Notes: generated from the sequence alone by a model not told the origin. Counted from the stretch's first letter, positions 37,590 to 46,960 are shown. The stretch is DNA of 64,000 nt from Sphaerochaetaceae bacterium (GCA_965140795.1 OZ223470.1:2115579-2179578); one strand, 5' to 3'. Translations and numbers: made by a program.

Positions 37590-38528
37590 TTAAAATGTAA
37601 ACTTTGAACCCACACAAGATAAATTACAATTATCTTTGAATTCTTGTATGAATCTTGATATTGCATAAATACCAGTACAATGCATTGGTACAATTATTTC
37701 TGGATTCATTTCTTTTAGTGCAGTTATAGTTTTTTCTGTAATATCAGATTCTATTTTTGGTGGCAAATGAAATCCTCCAATTACTCCATATAATTTTTCA
37801 ATTCCAGTTATTTTCTTTGTATAATTTATTGTATTAATTATTCCAGCGTGAGCGCAACCAGATATTACGAGTAGTCCTTTATCTTTTATATTTATTGCGA
37901 TAGCTTGGTCATCTAAAATATTATCAAATTCTTTAATACCGTCTCTCATTACGTAGGATTCATAATTTAGTATTTCAAAATCATTAGTTCTTGGAATTTG
38001 CCCTGTGACTAAAAATAATTCATCATTAGAAATATATGGATTGAGTGATTCAATAATAGGATTACCATGAGAAATAATATTATCTTTATTAGGGCAATCA
38101 TTGATTATTGTTTCACCATTATCAACAAAACTTCTTCCACTTAGAAATACATCCGGATGTGCTATAACATTTGCATTGTTATTTAGCTGAGAGATAACCC
38201 AAGAAAGTCCATGAGTATGATCGCTATGGGCATGACTAATTACTAAATCTTCAATTGTTTTTAAATCTAATTCTAATATATCAATATTGTTTTTTAGTGA
38301 TATTCCATTTTCAGCAGTATCGAGAAGAATATTATGTTTTTTATTTCCATCATGTATGCTTATAAAAAGGCATAAACTATGTTCTGCCATTAGGGGCACT
38401 TTTAATTCTTTTCCATTTTTAGAATCCATAGCTCTATTAACATATTTAGTATTTTCTAAAATCCAATCAGCATAATTATCCATTATTACTGTTATTTCAA
38501 CTTTATCAACAGCATTTAAACTTTTCAT
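37590..38528 (-). CDS. MBL-fold metallo-hydrolase (COG1237-type)
   Basis: HAHSDHTHG and the downstream His/Asp ligands are present. The N-terminal MAEHSLCLFI pattern also fits. Length is 312 aa. Confidence 0.8.
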   Translation of the reverse strand: MKSLNAVDKVEITVIMDNYADWILENTKYVNRAMDSKNGKELKVPLMAEHSLCLFISIHDGNKKHNILLDTAENGISLKNNIDILELDLKTIEDLVISHAHSDHTHGLSWVISQLNNNANVIAHPDVFLSGRSFVDNGETIINDCPNKDNIISHGNPIIESLNPYISNDELFLVTGQIPRTNDFEILNYESYVMRDGIKEFDNILDDQAIAINIKDKGLLVISGCAHAGIINTINYTKKITGIEKLYGVIGGFHLPPKIESDITEKTITALKEMNPEIIVPMHCTGIYAISRFIQEFKDNCNLSCVGSKFTF

Positions 38529-38763
38529 ATTTTCCTCTTTCTTTTTATTAATGCATAATATTTAATTTTTATCGAGTATATATAGTTTTGGATTAGAAAT
38601 AATTGTTAAATTAAGTCTTTTCAATGTGTTTTATCAAAAATGTTTTAGAAATGTTGTTATAACAAATTTTTTACATATGTGTGAAATAGTATTCCATTTA
38701 GTACTCATTAATATAATGATGTGATACAGTTGTTATGTTTGTGCTTATTGAGGGGGTACTTTT

Positions 38764-40824
38764 ATGAAAAAAATAATAAAAAAATTATTTATATTTTTAT
38801 TATTCAGTTCAGTTTTGATAAGTTGTTCAGTTGATCCTGAAGTTTATCAAATATCTTATGAGTTAGACGGTGGTACTAATAAAGCTTCAAATCCTAGTAC
38901 CTATATTAATGAGAATTTACCAATTATTCTTGAAGAACCTACGAAGGAAGATTATGAATTTGGCGGATGGTATACAGATAGTCATTTTCTAAACGAAATA
39001 ACTCAAATATCTAATGAAAATATTGGAAATAAAACTCTTTATGCAAAGTGGACTATTAATGAAAATTCATATGAACTTACAAAAAAGAGTGAGAATCTTA
39101 TTACTAATACAGATGATTTTAGTTTATATGATTCGTCTGATAATAAAATAGCTGATGCAAAAATTAATTCAAAAACTGGAATTTTAACTTTAAATCCAGT
39201 TGATGCAGATAATCAAATTACAGATAACTATTATTTTGCACAAGTTGGTTCAACTGTAGAAGCTAAGATTATCTTAAGAAATGATAGAGCAAAAATAGTT
39301 GATAAAGATGCTGTTACTCCGATGTCTAAGGCTGATTTATCAACATTAATAAATTCAAGTAGTGCTGCAGAATTAAATAATATAGAAGTTTTTGGTGTAA
39401 ACTCTATGTCTAATTTATTTAAAGATCAATCTGGATTTAATGCTGATATTTCAAAATGGGATGTAAGTAATGTTATTGATATGTCTTATTTGTTTAGAGG
39501 TCAATCGGAATTTAATGCTGATATTTCAAAATGGGATGTAAGTAGTGTTACAAATATGAGTTGTATGTTTTCTGATGCTTCTGCATTTAATCAAGATATA
39601 TCAAGTTGGGATGTTAGCAGTGTTACAAATATGAGTTCTATGTTCGCGTATGATAAAAATTTTAATGGAGATCTATCAAAATGGGATGTAAGTAGTGTTA
39701 CAAATATGAGTTTTATGTTCGCGTTTGATAAAAATTTTAATGGAGATTTATCAAAATGGGATGTAAGTAGTGTTACAAATATGGATAGGATGTTTTATTC
39801 AAACTTGTCATTTAATTGCGATTTATCATCTTGGGATGTTGGTAACGTAACTAATATGTATTCTATGTTTTATAGAAATGAAATATTTAATTCAGATCTA
39901 TCAAGTTGGGATGTAAGTAGTGTAACCGATATGAGTTATATGTTTAATACTAATAAAGTTTTCAGTTCTGATTTATCAAAATGGGATGTAAGTAATGTAA
40001 CTAATATGAGTTCTATGTTCGCTTATGCTGAAAAGTTTAATGCAAATCTATCTAGTTGGGATGTCAGTAATGTAACAGATATGAGCTCTATGTTCTCAAC
40101 TATTAAAAATTTTGATTGTGATTTATCAAGTTGGAATGTTGGCAGCGTAGTGAATATGAGCGAAATCTTTTTTCATGATGAATCTTTTAGTGCAGATTTA
40201 TCAAGTTGGGACGTAAGCAGTGTAACTGATATGAGTGATATGTTCGCTTATGCTACTAAATTTAATTCAGATTTATCAAGTTGGGACGTAAGCAGTGTAA
40301 CTGATATGAGTGGTATGTTTAAATATGCTAATAGCTTTAATCAAGATTTATCAAGTTGGGACGTAAGCAGTGTAACTGATATGAGTGTTATGTTTTATAG
40401 CAATGAAGCTTTTAATTCAGATTTATCAAGTTGGGACGTAAGCAGTGTAACTGATATGAGTAATATGTTTTATAGCAATGAAGCTTTTAATTCAGATTTA
40501 TCAAGTTGGGATGTAAGTAGTGTAACTGATATGCGTTATATGTTTTATAGTAATGAAGCTTTTAATTCAGATTTATCAAGTTGGGATGTAAGTAGTGTAA
40601 CTGATATGCGTTTTATGTTTTATATGACTTCTGAATTTGATCAAGATCTTTCAAGATGGAATGTTGAAAAAGTTACCAATATGGATTGTATGTTTTCTTA
40701 TAATACTAAGTTTAAGGCTAATTTATCCAATTGGAATGTTGAAAAAGTAACCACTTGGAATAACATTTTTACAAGTACACCAATGACAAATGAATTAATG
40801 CCGGCAAAGTTTAGAAATGATTAA
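38764..40824 (+). CDS. BspA-family / DUF285 leucine-rich-repeat surface lipoprotein with N-terminal Listeria-Bacteroides (Flg_new) repeat
   Basis: A lipobox (VLISC) is followed by YELDGGTN...YEFGGWYTD...LYAKW. After that come 18 copies of a 25-aa unit, FN.DLS.WDVS.VT.MS.MF. Confidence 0.85.
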   Translation: MKKIIKKLFIFLLFSSVLISCSVDPEVYQISYELDGGTNKASNPSTYINENLPIILEEPTKEDYEFGGWYTDSHFLNEITQISNENIGNKTLYAKWTINENSYELTKKSENLITNTDDFSLYDSSDNKIADAKINSKTGILTLNPVDADNQITDNYYFAQVGSTVEAKIILRNDRAKIVDKDAVTPMSKADLSTLINSSSAAELNNIEVFGVNSMSNLFKDQSGFNADISKWDVSNVIDMSYLFRGQSEFNADISKWDVSSVTNMSCMFSDASAFNQDISSWDVSSVTNMSSMFAYDKNFNGDLSKWDVSSVTNMSFMFAFDKNFNGDLSKWDVSSVTNMDRMFYSNLSFNCDLSSWDVGNVTNMYSMFYRNEIFNSDLSSWDVSSVTDMSYMFNTNKVFSSDLSKWDVSNVTNMSSMFAYAEKFNANLSSWDVSNVTDMSSMFSTIKNFDCDLSSWNVGSVVNMSEIFFHDESFSADLSSWDVSSVTDMSDMFAYATKFNSDLSSWDVSSVTDMSGMFKYANSFNQDLSSWDVSSVTDMSVMFYSNEAFNSDLSSWDVSSVTDMSNMFYSNEAFNSDLSSWDVSSVTDMRYMFYSNEAFNSDLSSWDVSSVTDMRFMFYMTSEFDQDLSRWNVEKVTNMDCMFSYNTKFKANLSNWNVEKVTTWNNIFTSTPMTNELMPAKFRND
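39442..40790 (+). repeat. Tandem 75-bp coding repeat array (about 18 units) inside the BspA-like gene
   Basis: The period is 75 bp; for example, GATTTATCAAGTTGGGA starts at 40195, 40270, 40345, 40420, 40495 and 40570. The units between 40195 and 40645 are near-identical at the DNA level. Confidence 0.85.
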
Positions 40825-40842
40825 ATTCTAAATATATAAAGG

Positions 40843-40890
40843 AACTAAGAGAGTATTAATTATTATATTAGAGTCTCTCTTAGTTTTTAT
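40843..40890 (+). terminator. Rho-independent terminator of the BspA-like gene
   Basis: An 11-bp stem AACTAAGAGAG/CTCTCTTAGTT is followed by TTTTAT. Confidence 0.6.
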
Positions 40891-40953
40891 TTTATTAAAT
40901 ATATTTTAGGAACATGATATTTCATAATAATAAGAAAACATCATATTTTCTTT

Positions 40954-41280
40954 TCAAGAAAGGTTGTTATTATAGGTCTCTGATAGCATGGGCATATATA
41001 AACCAGTTTGATATTTTTGTAAGAAAATTAAAAATTTATTAAAGTTCATAGGTTGTACAAAGTAATTTCCTTGTACATTTTGTATTTTAAGATTTTTTGC
41101 ATATACTAGTTGGTGTTTATTTTGAATATTTTTTGCTAATAATTTAATTTTTAAATATTCAGTTAAATTGACAAGTAAATCATATAAATGTAATTTATTT
41201 TTTGTGCTATCACTTTCTTTATCTAATAAAGAAAAATCTATTTTGATTGTATTATAATGCTGTAATAATAAAGCCTTCAT
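40954..41280 (-). pseudogene. Truncated, degenerate EAL-domain fragment (C-terminal half only)
   Basis: The 108-aa ORF begins at the ...IKIDFSLL motif (EAL LKIDRSF box) and ends with ...VQGNYFVQPM..F (the QGY.F.KP box). The AEGVE box reads AKNIQ. I could find no N-terminal EAL half in the 470 bp upstream. Confidence 0.4.
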
Positions 41281-41751
41281 ATCAAAATTTTCTTATAAAA
41301 AATTGCTTAAAATGAACATGATTTCATATGAAGTTATTATCATATTAAAGCTGATAAAGAATATTTAATAAGCTAACTAATAATAATAAAATTTATCAGA
41401 TTTTTACTATTTATTTTATTATATTATTTTACTTACAAAATATATTAAAAAAAATAAATTTTTGACAAAAAATCATATTTTTTTCTGATTATTTTATCGA
41501 AAAAAAGATGTTTTTTAACAGAAAAAAAATTAAAAATTAATTATTTTTGTTAATTTTATATATAATTTTAATGAAAAAAATTTAAATTAACATAATTTAA
41601 TTTTTTCAAGTTTTGGGACAAATTTTGTAAAAATTGTCTAAAAAAATGTAAAAAGAGGAATTTAGAGTAGAACTACTTATTAATAAATAATAAGTAGTTT
41701 TATGAAAAAATAGAAAATTATTATGATTATTTTTAATTAAAATAATAGAAA

Positions 41752-42102
41752 TTAATCATCTTCATATAATTCATTAACAGTATCCCAAGCTTCAGCCTTT
41801 CCTTCTCTAAGTTCACAAAGTAAATTATATTGATTTAGAAGGGTTCTTAAATGCTTATCTTTAATTTGAATTGAATCGTTAATGCCAATTACTGTTTTTA
41901 ATTCTTTACTTTCTTCTGGTAGATTAATGACTCTATTATATTCATCTAGCATCTTTTCTTTTGTTATGTGAAAGAAATCTTTTACCTCTAGAAGAAAAGG
42001 TGGCATATATTGCCGTCTCTCTAAATCTTGAGCAGTTTTTTCTATCTTAGCTTTACTTGAATCTGGTGCTAAATTATCATATTTTTCTTTTAAATCATTC
42101 AT
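41752..42102 (-). CDS. Small acidic cytoplasmic protein, unknown function
   Basis: I trimmed the ORF to the ATG at 42102 (MNDLKEKYDN...), 10 nt after AGGAGG. The longer start would translate through two hairpins. Confidence 0.5.
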   Translation of the reverse strand: MNDLKEKYDNLAPDSSKAKIEKTAQDLERRQYMPPFLLEVKDFFHITKEKMLDEYNRVINLPEESKELKTVIGINDSIQIKDKHLRTLLNQYNLLCELREGKAEAWDTVNELYEDD

Positions 42103-42110
42103 ATTTATAA

Positions 42111-42141
42111 ATCCTCCTAAGCTAAGGATACTTAGGAGGAT
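42111..42141 (-). promoter_or_regulatory. Perfect 11-bp hairpin sequestering the Shine-Dalgarno of the 41752-42102 gene
   Basis: The minus-strand RNA reads AUCCUCCUAAG-UAUCCUUAG-CUUAGGAGGAU, followed by UUAUAAAUAUG. The 3' arm contains the AGGAGG. Confidence 0.4.
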
Positions 42142-42142
42142 A

Positions 42143-42170
42143 CTAAAAAGCAAGGAAAATGCTTCCTTGC
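42143..42170 (-). terminator. Rho-independent terminator after the LacI-family gene
   Basis: On the minus strand, GCAAGGAA-GCAUU-UUCCUUGC is followed by UUUUU. Confidence 0.6.
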
Positions 42171-42202
42171 TAAAGAATCAGATTATATTTAAAATTGTTA
42201 TA

Positions 42203-43213
42203 TTACTTAAGACAGCGTTTAGTTGTATATCCTTGGATTAATTTTGTATCGATTTTTATTGATTTGGGTTCTTCTGGCGGATTTGTGATTAAATCAAATA
42301 AAAGATTTGCCATTTTTTTTAAATCCTGTTTGACTGTTGTGATTGTAGGGTAATGAATTAGATCTATTACATTATCAAAGCCTACAATAGAAATATCATC
42401 AGGAATTAATAAATTTTGTACTCTTGCCTCATTAATAATTCCTAAAGCAATAATGTCATTAGCACAAATTATTGCTGTTGGCGGATCACTTAGTGTTAGA
42501 AAATATTTAAGTGCATTTGTCCCATTTTCTAAATCTAACTTTCCATCTTTCTCATAAATATATTCAGCCTTAAAAGGAATATTTTTATCTTTCAAACCTT
42601 TTAAATAACCTTCTTTTCTGCTAATAACACTCATATAATCATTAGAACAACCAACAAATGCAATTTTTCTATGATTTAAATTATATAGATATTCAACAAC
42701 ATTCTTAGCTGCTTCAACATTTTCTGAGGAAACAACAGAAAAATGATTATTTATTTTTCTATCTAATGTTACAATAGGCAAATTAAGCTCATGTGTTTCA
42801 AAAATTGAATAATCTATACCTTCTGTTACTATAATTCCAGAAAATCTATTTGCTAAACAATATTCCAAATACTCATTTTCACGATTTTTTTCATTTTCTG
42901 TATCACATATTAATAATGTATATTTATTTTTTAAACAAATTTTATTTAATTCTTTTATTAATCTAGTGAAAAAAGGATTGTCAATATCATAAATAAATAT
43001 TGCAATAGAATTGTAACTTTTTGAAAAAATATTTCTAATGTTCTGATTTGGAATATAATTATATTCTTCTATAATTTTTTCAACTTTTTCTCTAACCTTT
43101 TGTGATGTGGAAGGAGATTTGTTTATAACCCTAGATACTGTTGCAGTTGATACTCCTGCTAATTTTGCAATTTCTCTAATTCCAATAGATTTGTTATTTT
43201 TGTTTTCTTCCAT
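42203..43213 (-). CDS. LacI-family transcriptional regulator
   Basis: An HTH (IREIAKLAGVSTATVSRVINKS) is followed by a PBP type I effector domain. Length is 336 aa. Confidence 0.9.
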   Translation of the reverse strand: MEENKNNKSIGIREIAKLAGVSTATVSRVINKSPSTSQKVREKVEKIIEEYNYIPNQNIRNIFSKSYNSIAIFIYDIDNPFFTRLIKELNKICLKNKYTLLICDTENEKNRENEYLEYCLANRFSGIIVTEGIDYSIFETHELNLPIVTLDRKINNHFSVVSSENVEAAKNVVEYLYNLNHRKIAFVGCSNDYMSVISRKEGYLKGLKDKNIPFKAEYIYEKDGKLDLENGTNALKYFLTLSDPPTAIICANDIIALGIINEARVQNLLIPDDISIVGFDNVIDLIHYPTITTVKQDLKKMANLLFDLITNPPEEPKSIKIDTKLIQGYTTKRCLK

Positions 43214-43226
43214 AAATCCTCTAATA

Positions 43227-43240
43227 TGTTACATGTTACA
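43227..43240. promoter_or_regulatory. Operator-like box 1 (in the 5' leader of the LacI gene)
   Basis: The sequence is TGTTACATGTTACA, related to boxes 2 and 3. Confidence 0.35.
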
Positions 43241-43332
43241 TTTAATTAAATGTTAATATATAATGTTCATTTAGTATAGTAATATAGATGAAAGAAAAAT
43301 ACAATAAAAAAATGTGAATTGCTTTATAAATA

Positions 43333-43346
43333 TGTAACATGATACA
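43333..43346. promoter_or_regulatory. Operator-like box 2
   Basis: TGTAACATGATACA is an imperfect palindrome with half-sites TGTAACA and TGTATCA. Confidence 0.35.
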
Positions 43347-43542
43347 TATTTAGGCAATTAGTTTAATAATTTGCTTTTAAAAGAGGTAATCAATTTGTTC
43401 TTTATTAAAATTAATTATATAAATCATATAATTGGTAATAAATAAGTTTTTTATTAAAAAAATATAAAAAACCTAAAAATATTAGTTATAAACTATTAAA
43501 AATATCAAAATTATTAGTAAAAATAATTAAATTATTTTTTTA

Positions 43543-43571
43543 TTGACAGATGAATTTTTATAACTTACTAT
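43543..43571 (+). promoter_or_regulatory. Candidate promoter of the glycyl-radical-enzyme operon
   Basis: TTGACA (43543-43548), a 17-nt spacer, then TACTAT (43566-43571). Confidence 0.5.
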
Positions 43572-43574
43572 AAA

Positions 43575-43588
43575 TGTAACAAGATACA
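43575..43588. promoter_or_regulatory. Operator-like box 3, immediately downstream of the -10
   Basis: TGTAACAAGATACA sits at about the transcription start, the position expected for a LacI-type repressor. Confidence 0.45.
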
Positions 43589-43613
43589 TTTTAACATAGT
43601 TTGGGAGAAGCAA

Positions 43614-46031
43614 ATGAATAATAGAACTAGTAAATTGAGACAAAACCTATTTGATGTAGAGCCAAGAGTTTGTTCTCAAAGATGTGTAATTTTTACAGAA
43701 TCAATGAAAAAAACTGAGGGTTTATTTAATTCAGAAAGAAGAGCAAAAGCTTTCTATGAAGTTTTAGATAAAATGAGCTTATATATTAATGATGGGGAAC
43801 TTATAATTGGAAATATGGCTAAATGGCCAAAGGCTTCTCCCATTTATCCTGAATATTCTGTTGATTGGCTAAAAAACGAGTTATCTGGAACGCCTTATTT
43901 TTTGGATAAAAGACCTGGTGATACGTTTATTTGTGAAGAAAAAGAAAAAACAGAAATATTGGAATGCATTAAATATTGGGAAGGAAAATCTTTTTATGAA
44001 ACATTTAGAAAAACTCTTCCAAAAAAAATTAATGAAGCTTGGGATGCAAATGTTATAGATGATACTTGGGTTTCAGCGGCAGGTCTTGGTAATGTTGTTG
44101 TTGATTATGAATTAGTTGTAAAAAAAGGGCTAAGAGATGTTATAGAAAGGACAAAAAATGCTATTGATGCTTTAGATAAAAATGAAATAGATTATGAGAG
44201 AAAATTAGCTTTTTTAAATTCTATATTAATAAGCAATAATGCTGTTGTAAACTTTTCTAATAGATTATCAAATCAGTGTTTACTAATGGCAGAGAAATGT
44301 TCTGATACTCAAAGAAAACAAGAATTGTTTGAATTATCTGATATTTGTAAAAACGTACCTCTTAATCCCGCAAAATCATTTCATGAAGCAGTACAAGCTA
44401 TTTTTATCATTTTGCTTTCAATTCACTTAGAATCTAATGGTCATGCATATTCTTTAGGTCGTTTTGATCAATATGTATATCCTTTATATAAAGCTGATTT
44501 AGAAAAAGGAATAATTTCTAGAGAGAAAGCTTTAGAATTAATTGAATGTTTTTATATTAAATGTAATGAGTTGAATAAATTAAGAAGCTGGCCTGATACT
44601 GAATTCTTTTTAGGTTATCAAATGTTCATCAATATAGCTGTAGCTGGTCAAGATAATGATGGTAATGATGCTACAAATACTATTTCTGAATTATGTGTTG
44701 AAGCATGTGAAAATTTAAAATTATTTACTCCTTCTGTTTCAGTAAAGTGGTTTGATAAAACAAGTGATAAATTTATGTTGAAAGCTTTAGATGCAATGGT
44801 TGCTCATCAAGGGGGTCAACCAGCGTTCTATAATGATTTAGCTTTCATGAGAACTTTAGATAATATGGGAATAAAAAAAGAAGACCAACATAACTGGGTT
44901 CCTACTGGTTGTATAGAAGCTTCTATTCCTGGTAAATGGGATTTTGCTGCAAAAGGTCCATGGTTAAATGTAGAAAAAATACTAGATATTTTATTGAATA
45001 ATGGTACAGATCCAAAAACAGGATTTCATTTTTATGATATGAAGAAAGATATTAAAGATTTTGAAAGTTCTGAAGAAATTTTAGAAGAATATAAAAAATT
45101 AATTAAATATTTTATCGATTTACAAGTCCAAACAGAATATATCAATGATGAATTACACGTAGATATGGATATAAATGCTTTTAGATCCTCATTGATGGAA
45201 GATTGTATTGCTAGAGCTAAAGATTTAGTAGAAGGTGGTGCAATATATTCTGCTGATGGAGGTCCTACTGCAGGAACTATTAGTTCTGGAGATTCTTTGG
45301 CTGCAATTGATTATGCAGTATTTAATAAGAAATTATTTAATATGGATCAATTATTATATGCTTTAAAAACAAATTTTGAAGATAATTCAACAACACCTAG
45401 TGGTGCTGAAATACAATTAATATTAAAAAATAAGGTTCCAAAGTTTGGTAATGATGATGATCAAGCAGATAAATGGGTTGTTGCTATTGAGGACTTTATT
45501 GGAAAAACATATAGATATGATTGTAAAGGTTATAAATATGGAAAAGGTCCTATACCTTGCTGTTTTTCCTATAGCCAAAGTCCAGTTTCAGGTAATATCG
45601 CTTTTGGTAAAAGTATTGGAGCAACACCAGATGGTAGAAAGGCTGGAGATCCTGTTAATAATGGTATCTCTCCTGCAAATGGTTCTGAAAAAGAAGGGAT
45701 TACTGCTGCTTGTAATTCTATAATAAAATTACCTAGCATTTGGTTTCAGAAAGGGGCAATCTTTAATATGAGACTAGCTCAATCAATTGTAAGTTCCAAA
45801 GAGAATAAAGAAAAATTAATTGCTGTTATAAAAGTTTTATTCAAAAACTATGGTCAACAAATTCAATTTAATATTGTCGATAATGAAGTTTTCAAAAAAG
45901 CAATGAAAAATCCAAATGATTATAGAGATTTGATGGTTAGAGTTTCTGGATATAGTGCATTATTTACTTCTTTATCAAAAGATTGTCAGCTAGATATCAT
46001 TAACAGAACAGAATTGAATTGGAAAAATTAA
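43614..46031 (+). CDS. Glycyl radical enzyme, PFL2/dehydratase-type (single-Cys G-C-I-E loop)
   Basis: The 805-aa protein has a C-terminal glycyl motif MVRVSGYSALF (Gly779 by my codon count) and a thiyl loop VPTGCIEASIPGK (Cys433, Glu435). The N-terminus has the typical PFL2 pattern (R..L....P.V..QR....TES...TEG). Confidence 0.9.
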   Translation: MNNRTSKLRQNLFDVEPRVCSQRCVIFTESMKKTEGLFNSERRAKAFYEVLDKMSLYINDGELIIGNMAKWPKASPIYPEYSVDWLKNELSGTPYFLDKRPGDTFICEEKEKTEILECIKYWEGKSFYETFRKTLPKKINEAWDANVIDDTWVSAAGLGNVVVDYELVVKKGLRDVIERTKNAIDALDKNEIDYERKLAFLNSILISNNAVVNFSNRLSNQCLLMAEKCSDTQRKQELFELSDICKNVPLNPAKSFHEAVQAIFIILLSIHLESNGHAYSLGRFDQYVYPLYKADLEKGIISREKALELIECFYIKCNELNKLRSWPDTEFFLGYQMFINIAVAGQDNDGNDATNTISELCVEACENLKLFTPSVSVKWFDKTSDKFMLKALDAMVAHQGGQPAFYNDLAFMRTLDNMGIKKEDQHNWVPTGCIEASIPGKWDFAAKGPWLNVEKILDILLNNGTDPKTGFHFYDMKKDIKDFESSEEILEEYKKLIKYFIDLQVQTEYINDELHVDMDINAFRSSLMEDCIARAKDLVEGGAIYSADGGPTAGTISSGDSLAAIDYAVFNKKLFNMDQLLYALKTNFEDNSTTPSGAEIQLILKNKVPKFGNDDDQADKWVVAIEDFIGKTYRYDCKGYKYGKGPIPCCFSYSQSPVSGNIAFGKSIGATPDGRKAGDPVNNGISPANGSEKEGITAACNSIIKLPSIWFQKGAIFNMRLAQSIVSSKENKEKLIAVIKVLFKNYGQQIQFNIVDNEVFKKAMKNPNDYRDLMVRVSGYSALFTSLSKDCQLDIINRTELNWKN

Positions 46032-46037
46032 GATATT

Positions 46038-46949
46038 ATGGAAAACCAATTAAAAGTCTTTAATATTGAAAGATTTGGTATTGCTGATGGGCCAGGAATT
46101 AGAACTGTTATTTTCTTAAAAGGCTGTTATTTAAACTGTAAATGGTGTGCAAACCCAGAATCTCAAAGTTTTAAATCAGAGGTTTTAGTTAAAAATAATA
46201 TTTGTATTTCTTGTGAGAACTGTCTTAAATCTTGTCCTGTTTCAGCAATCGAATTTAAATCTGGTTTTGGATATATAACTGATAATAATAAATGTATTCA
46301 ATGTGAAAAATGTGTAGAAATTTGTCCCGTTGGAGCAAGAGAGTTAGTTGGTAAATATTATTCTGAAAGCGAATTGATTGAACAAATATTAAAAGATAAG
46401 CAATATTATTTAAATTCAAAAGGTGGTGTTACTTTTACTGGAGGGGAACCTCTAGTAAATTCAAAGGCAATAAAAAATATAGCTCAAATTCTAAAAAAGG
46501 AAAATATAAATACTTTAGTTGAAACCTGTGGATATGTAGCAACAAAAAATATTATTGAAGTAAGTGGGGCAATTGACTATATCTTTTTTGATATCAAGCA
46601 AATGGATAAAGAAAAACATAAAGCATTAACTGGACATTCAAATGATTTAATTTTAAAGAATCTTGATTGGTTGTCAGAAAATTTTAAAGGAGAGCTGTCT
46701 GTTAGATATCCTTATATTCCAGGATGTAATGATTCAATAGAAGATATAAATAAATTTTTTAAATATATAAAGACTAAAAAAAATATTAAAGAAATTGTTT
46801 TTTTACCCTATCATCGGTTGGGATTACCCAAATATTTAGGGTTAGGAAGGCTTTATGAAATGGGAGATTTAGAATCTTTAAAAGTTGCACAACTTTCATA
46901 TTTAAAAGATGTAGCTAAAAACTTTGATCTAAAAATAAAGATACAATAA
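46038..46949 (+). CDS. Glycyl-radical enzyme activating protein (radical SAM, with two extra ferredoxin-type clusters)
   Basis: GCYLNCKWCANPE provides CX3CX2C. CISCENCLKSCP and CIQCEKCVEICP are also present, as is the GGVTFTGGEP SAM motif. Confidence 0.9.
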   Translation: MENQLKVFNIERFGIADGPGIRTVIFLKGCYLNCKWCANPESQSFKSEVLVKNNICISCENCLKSCPVSAIEFKSGFGYITDNNKCIQCEKCVEICPVGARELVGKYYSESELIEQILKDKQYYLNSKGGVTFTGGEPLVNSKAIKNIAQILKKENINTLVETCGYVATKNIIEVSGAIDYIFFDIKQMDKEKHKALTGHSNDLILKNLDWLSENFKGELSVRYPYIPGCNDSIEDINKFFKYIKTKKNIKEIVFLPYHRLGLPKYLGLGRLYEMGDLESLKVAQLSYLKDVAKNFDLKIKIQ

Positions 46950-46960
46950 AAGGAAAAATA

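Noticed and set aside
43614-46031. Calling the glycyl radical enzyme a pyruvate formate-lyase (pflB).
   Set aside because: PFL-type enzymes have adjacent Cys-Cys in the thiyl loop. This protein has a single Cys followed by Ile-Glu (GCIE), and its N-terminal region is PFL2/dehydratase-like. Its activase also carries the extra ferredoxin-type clusters typical of the non-PFL activases.
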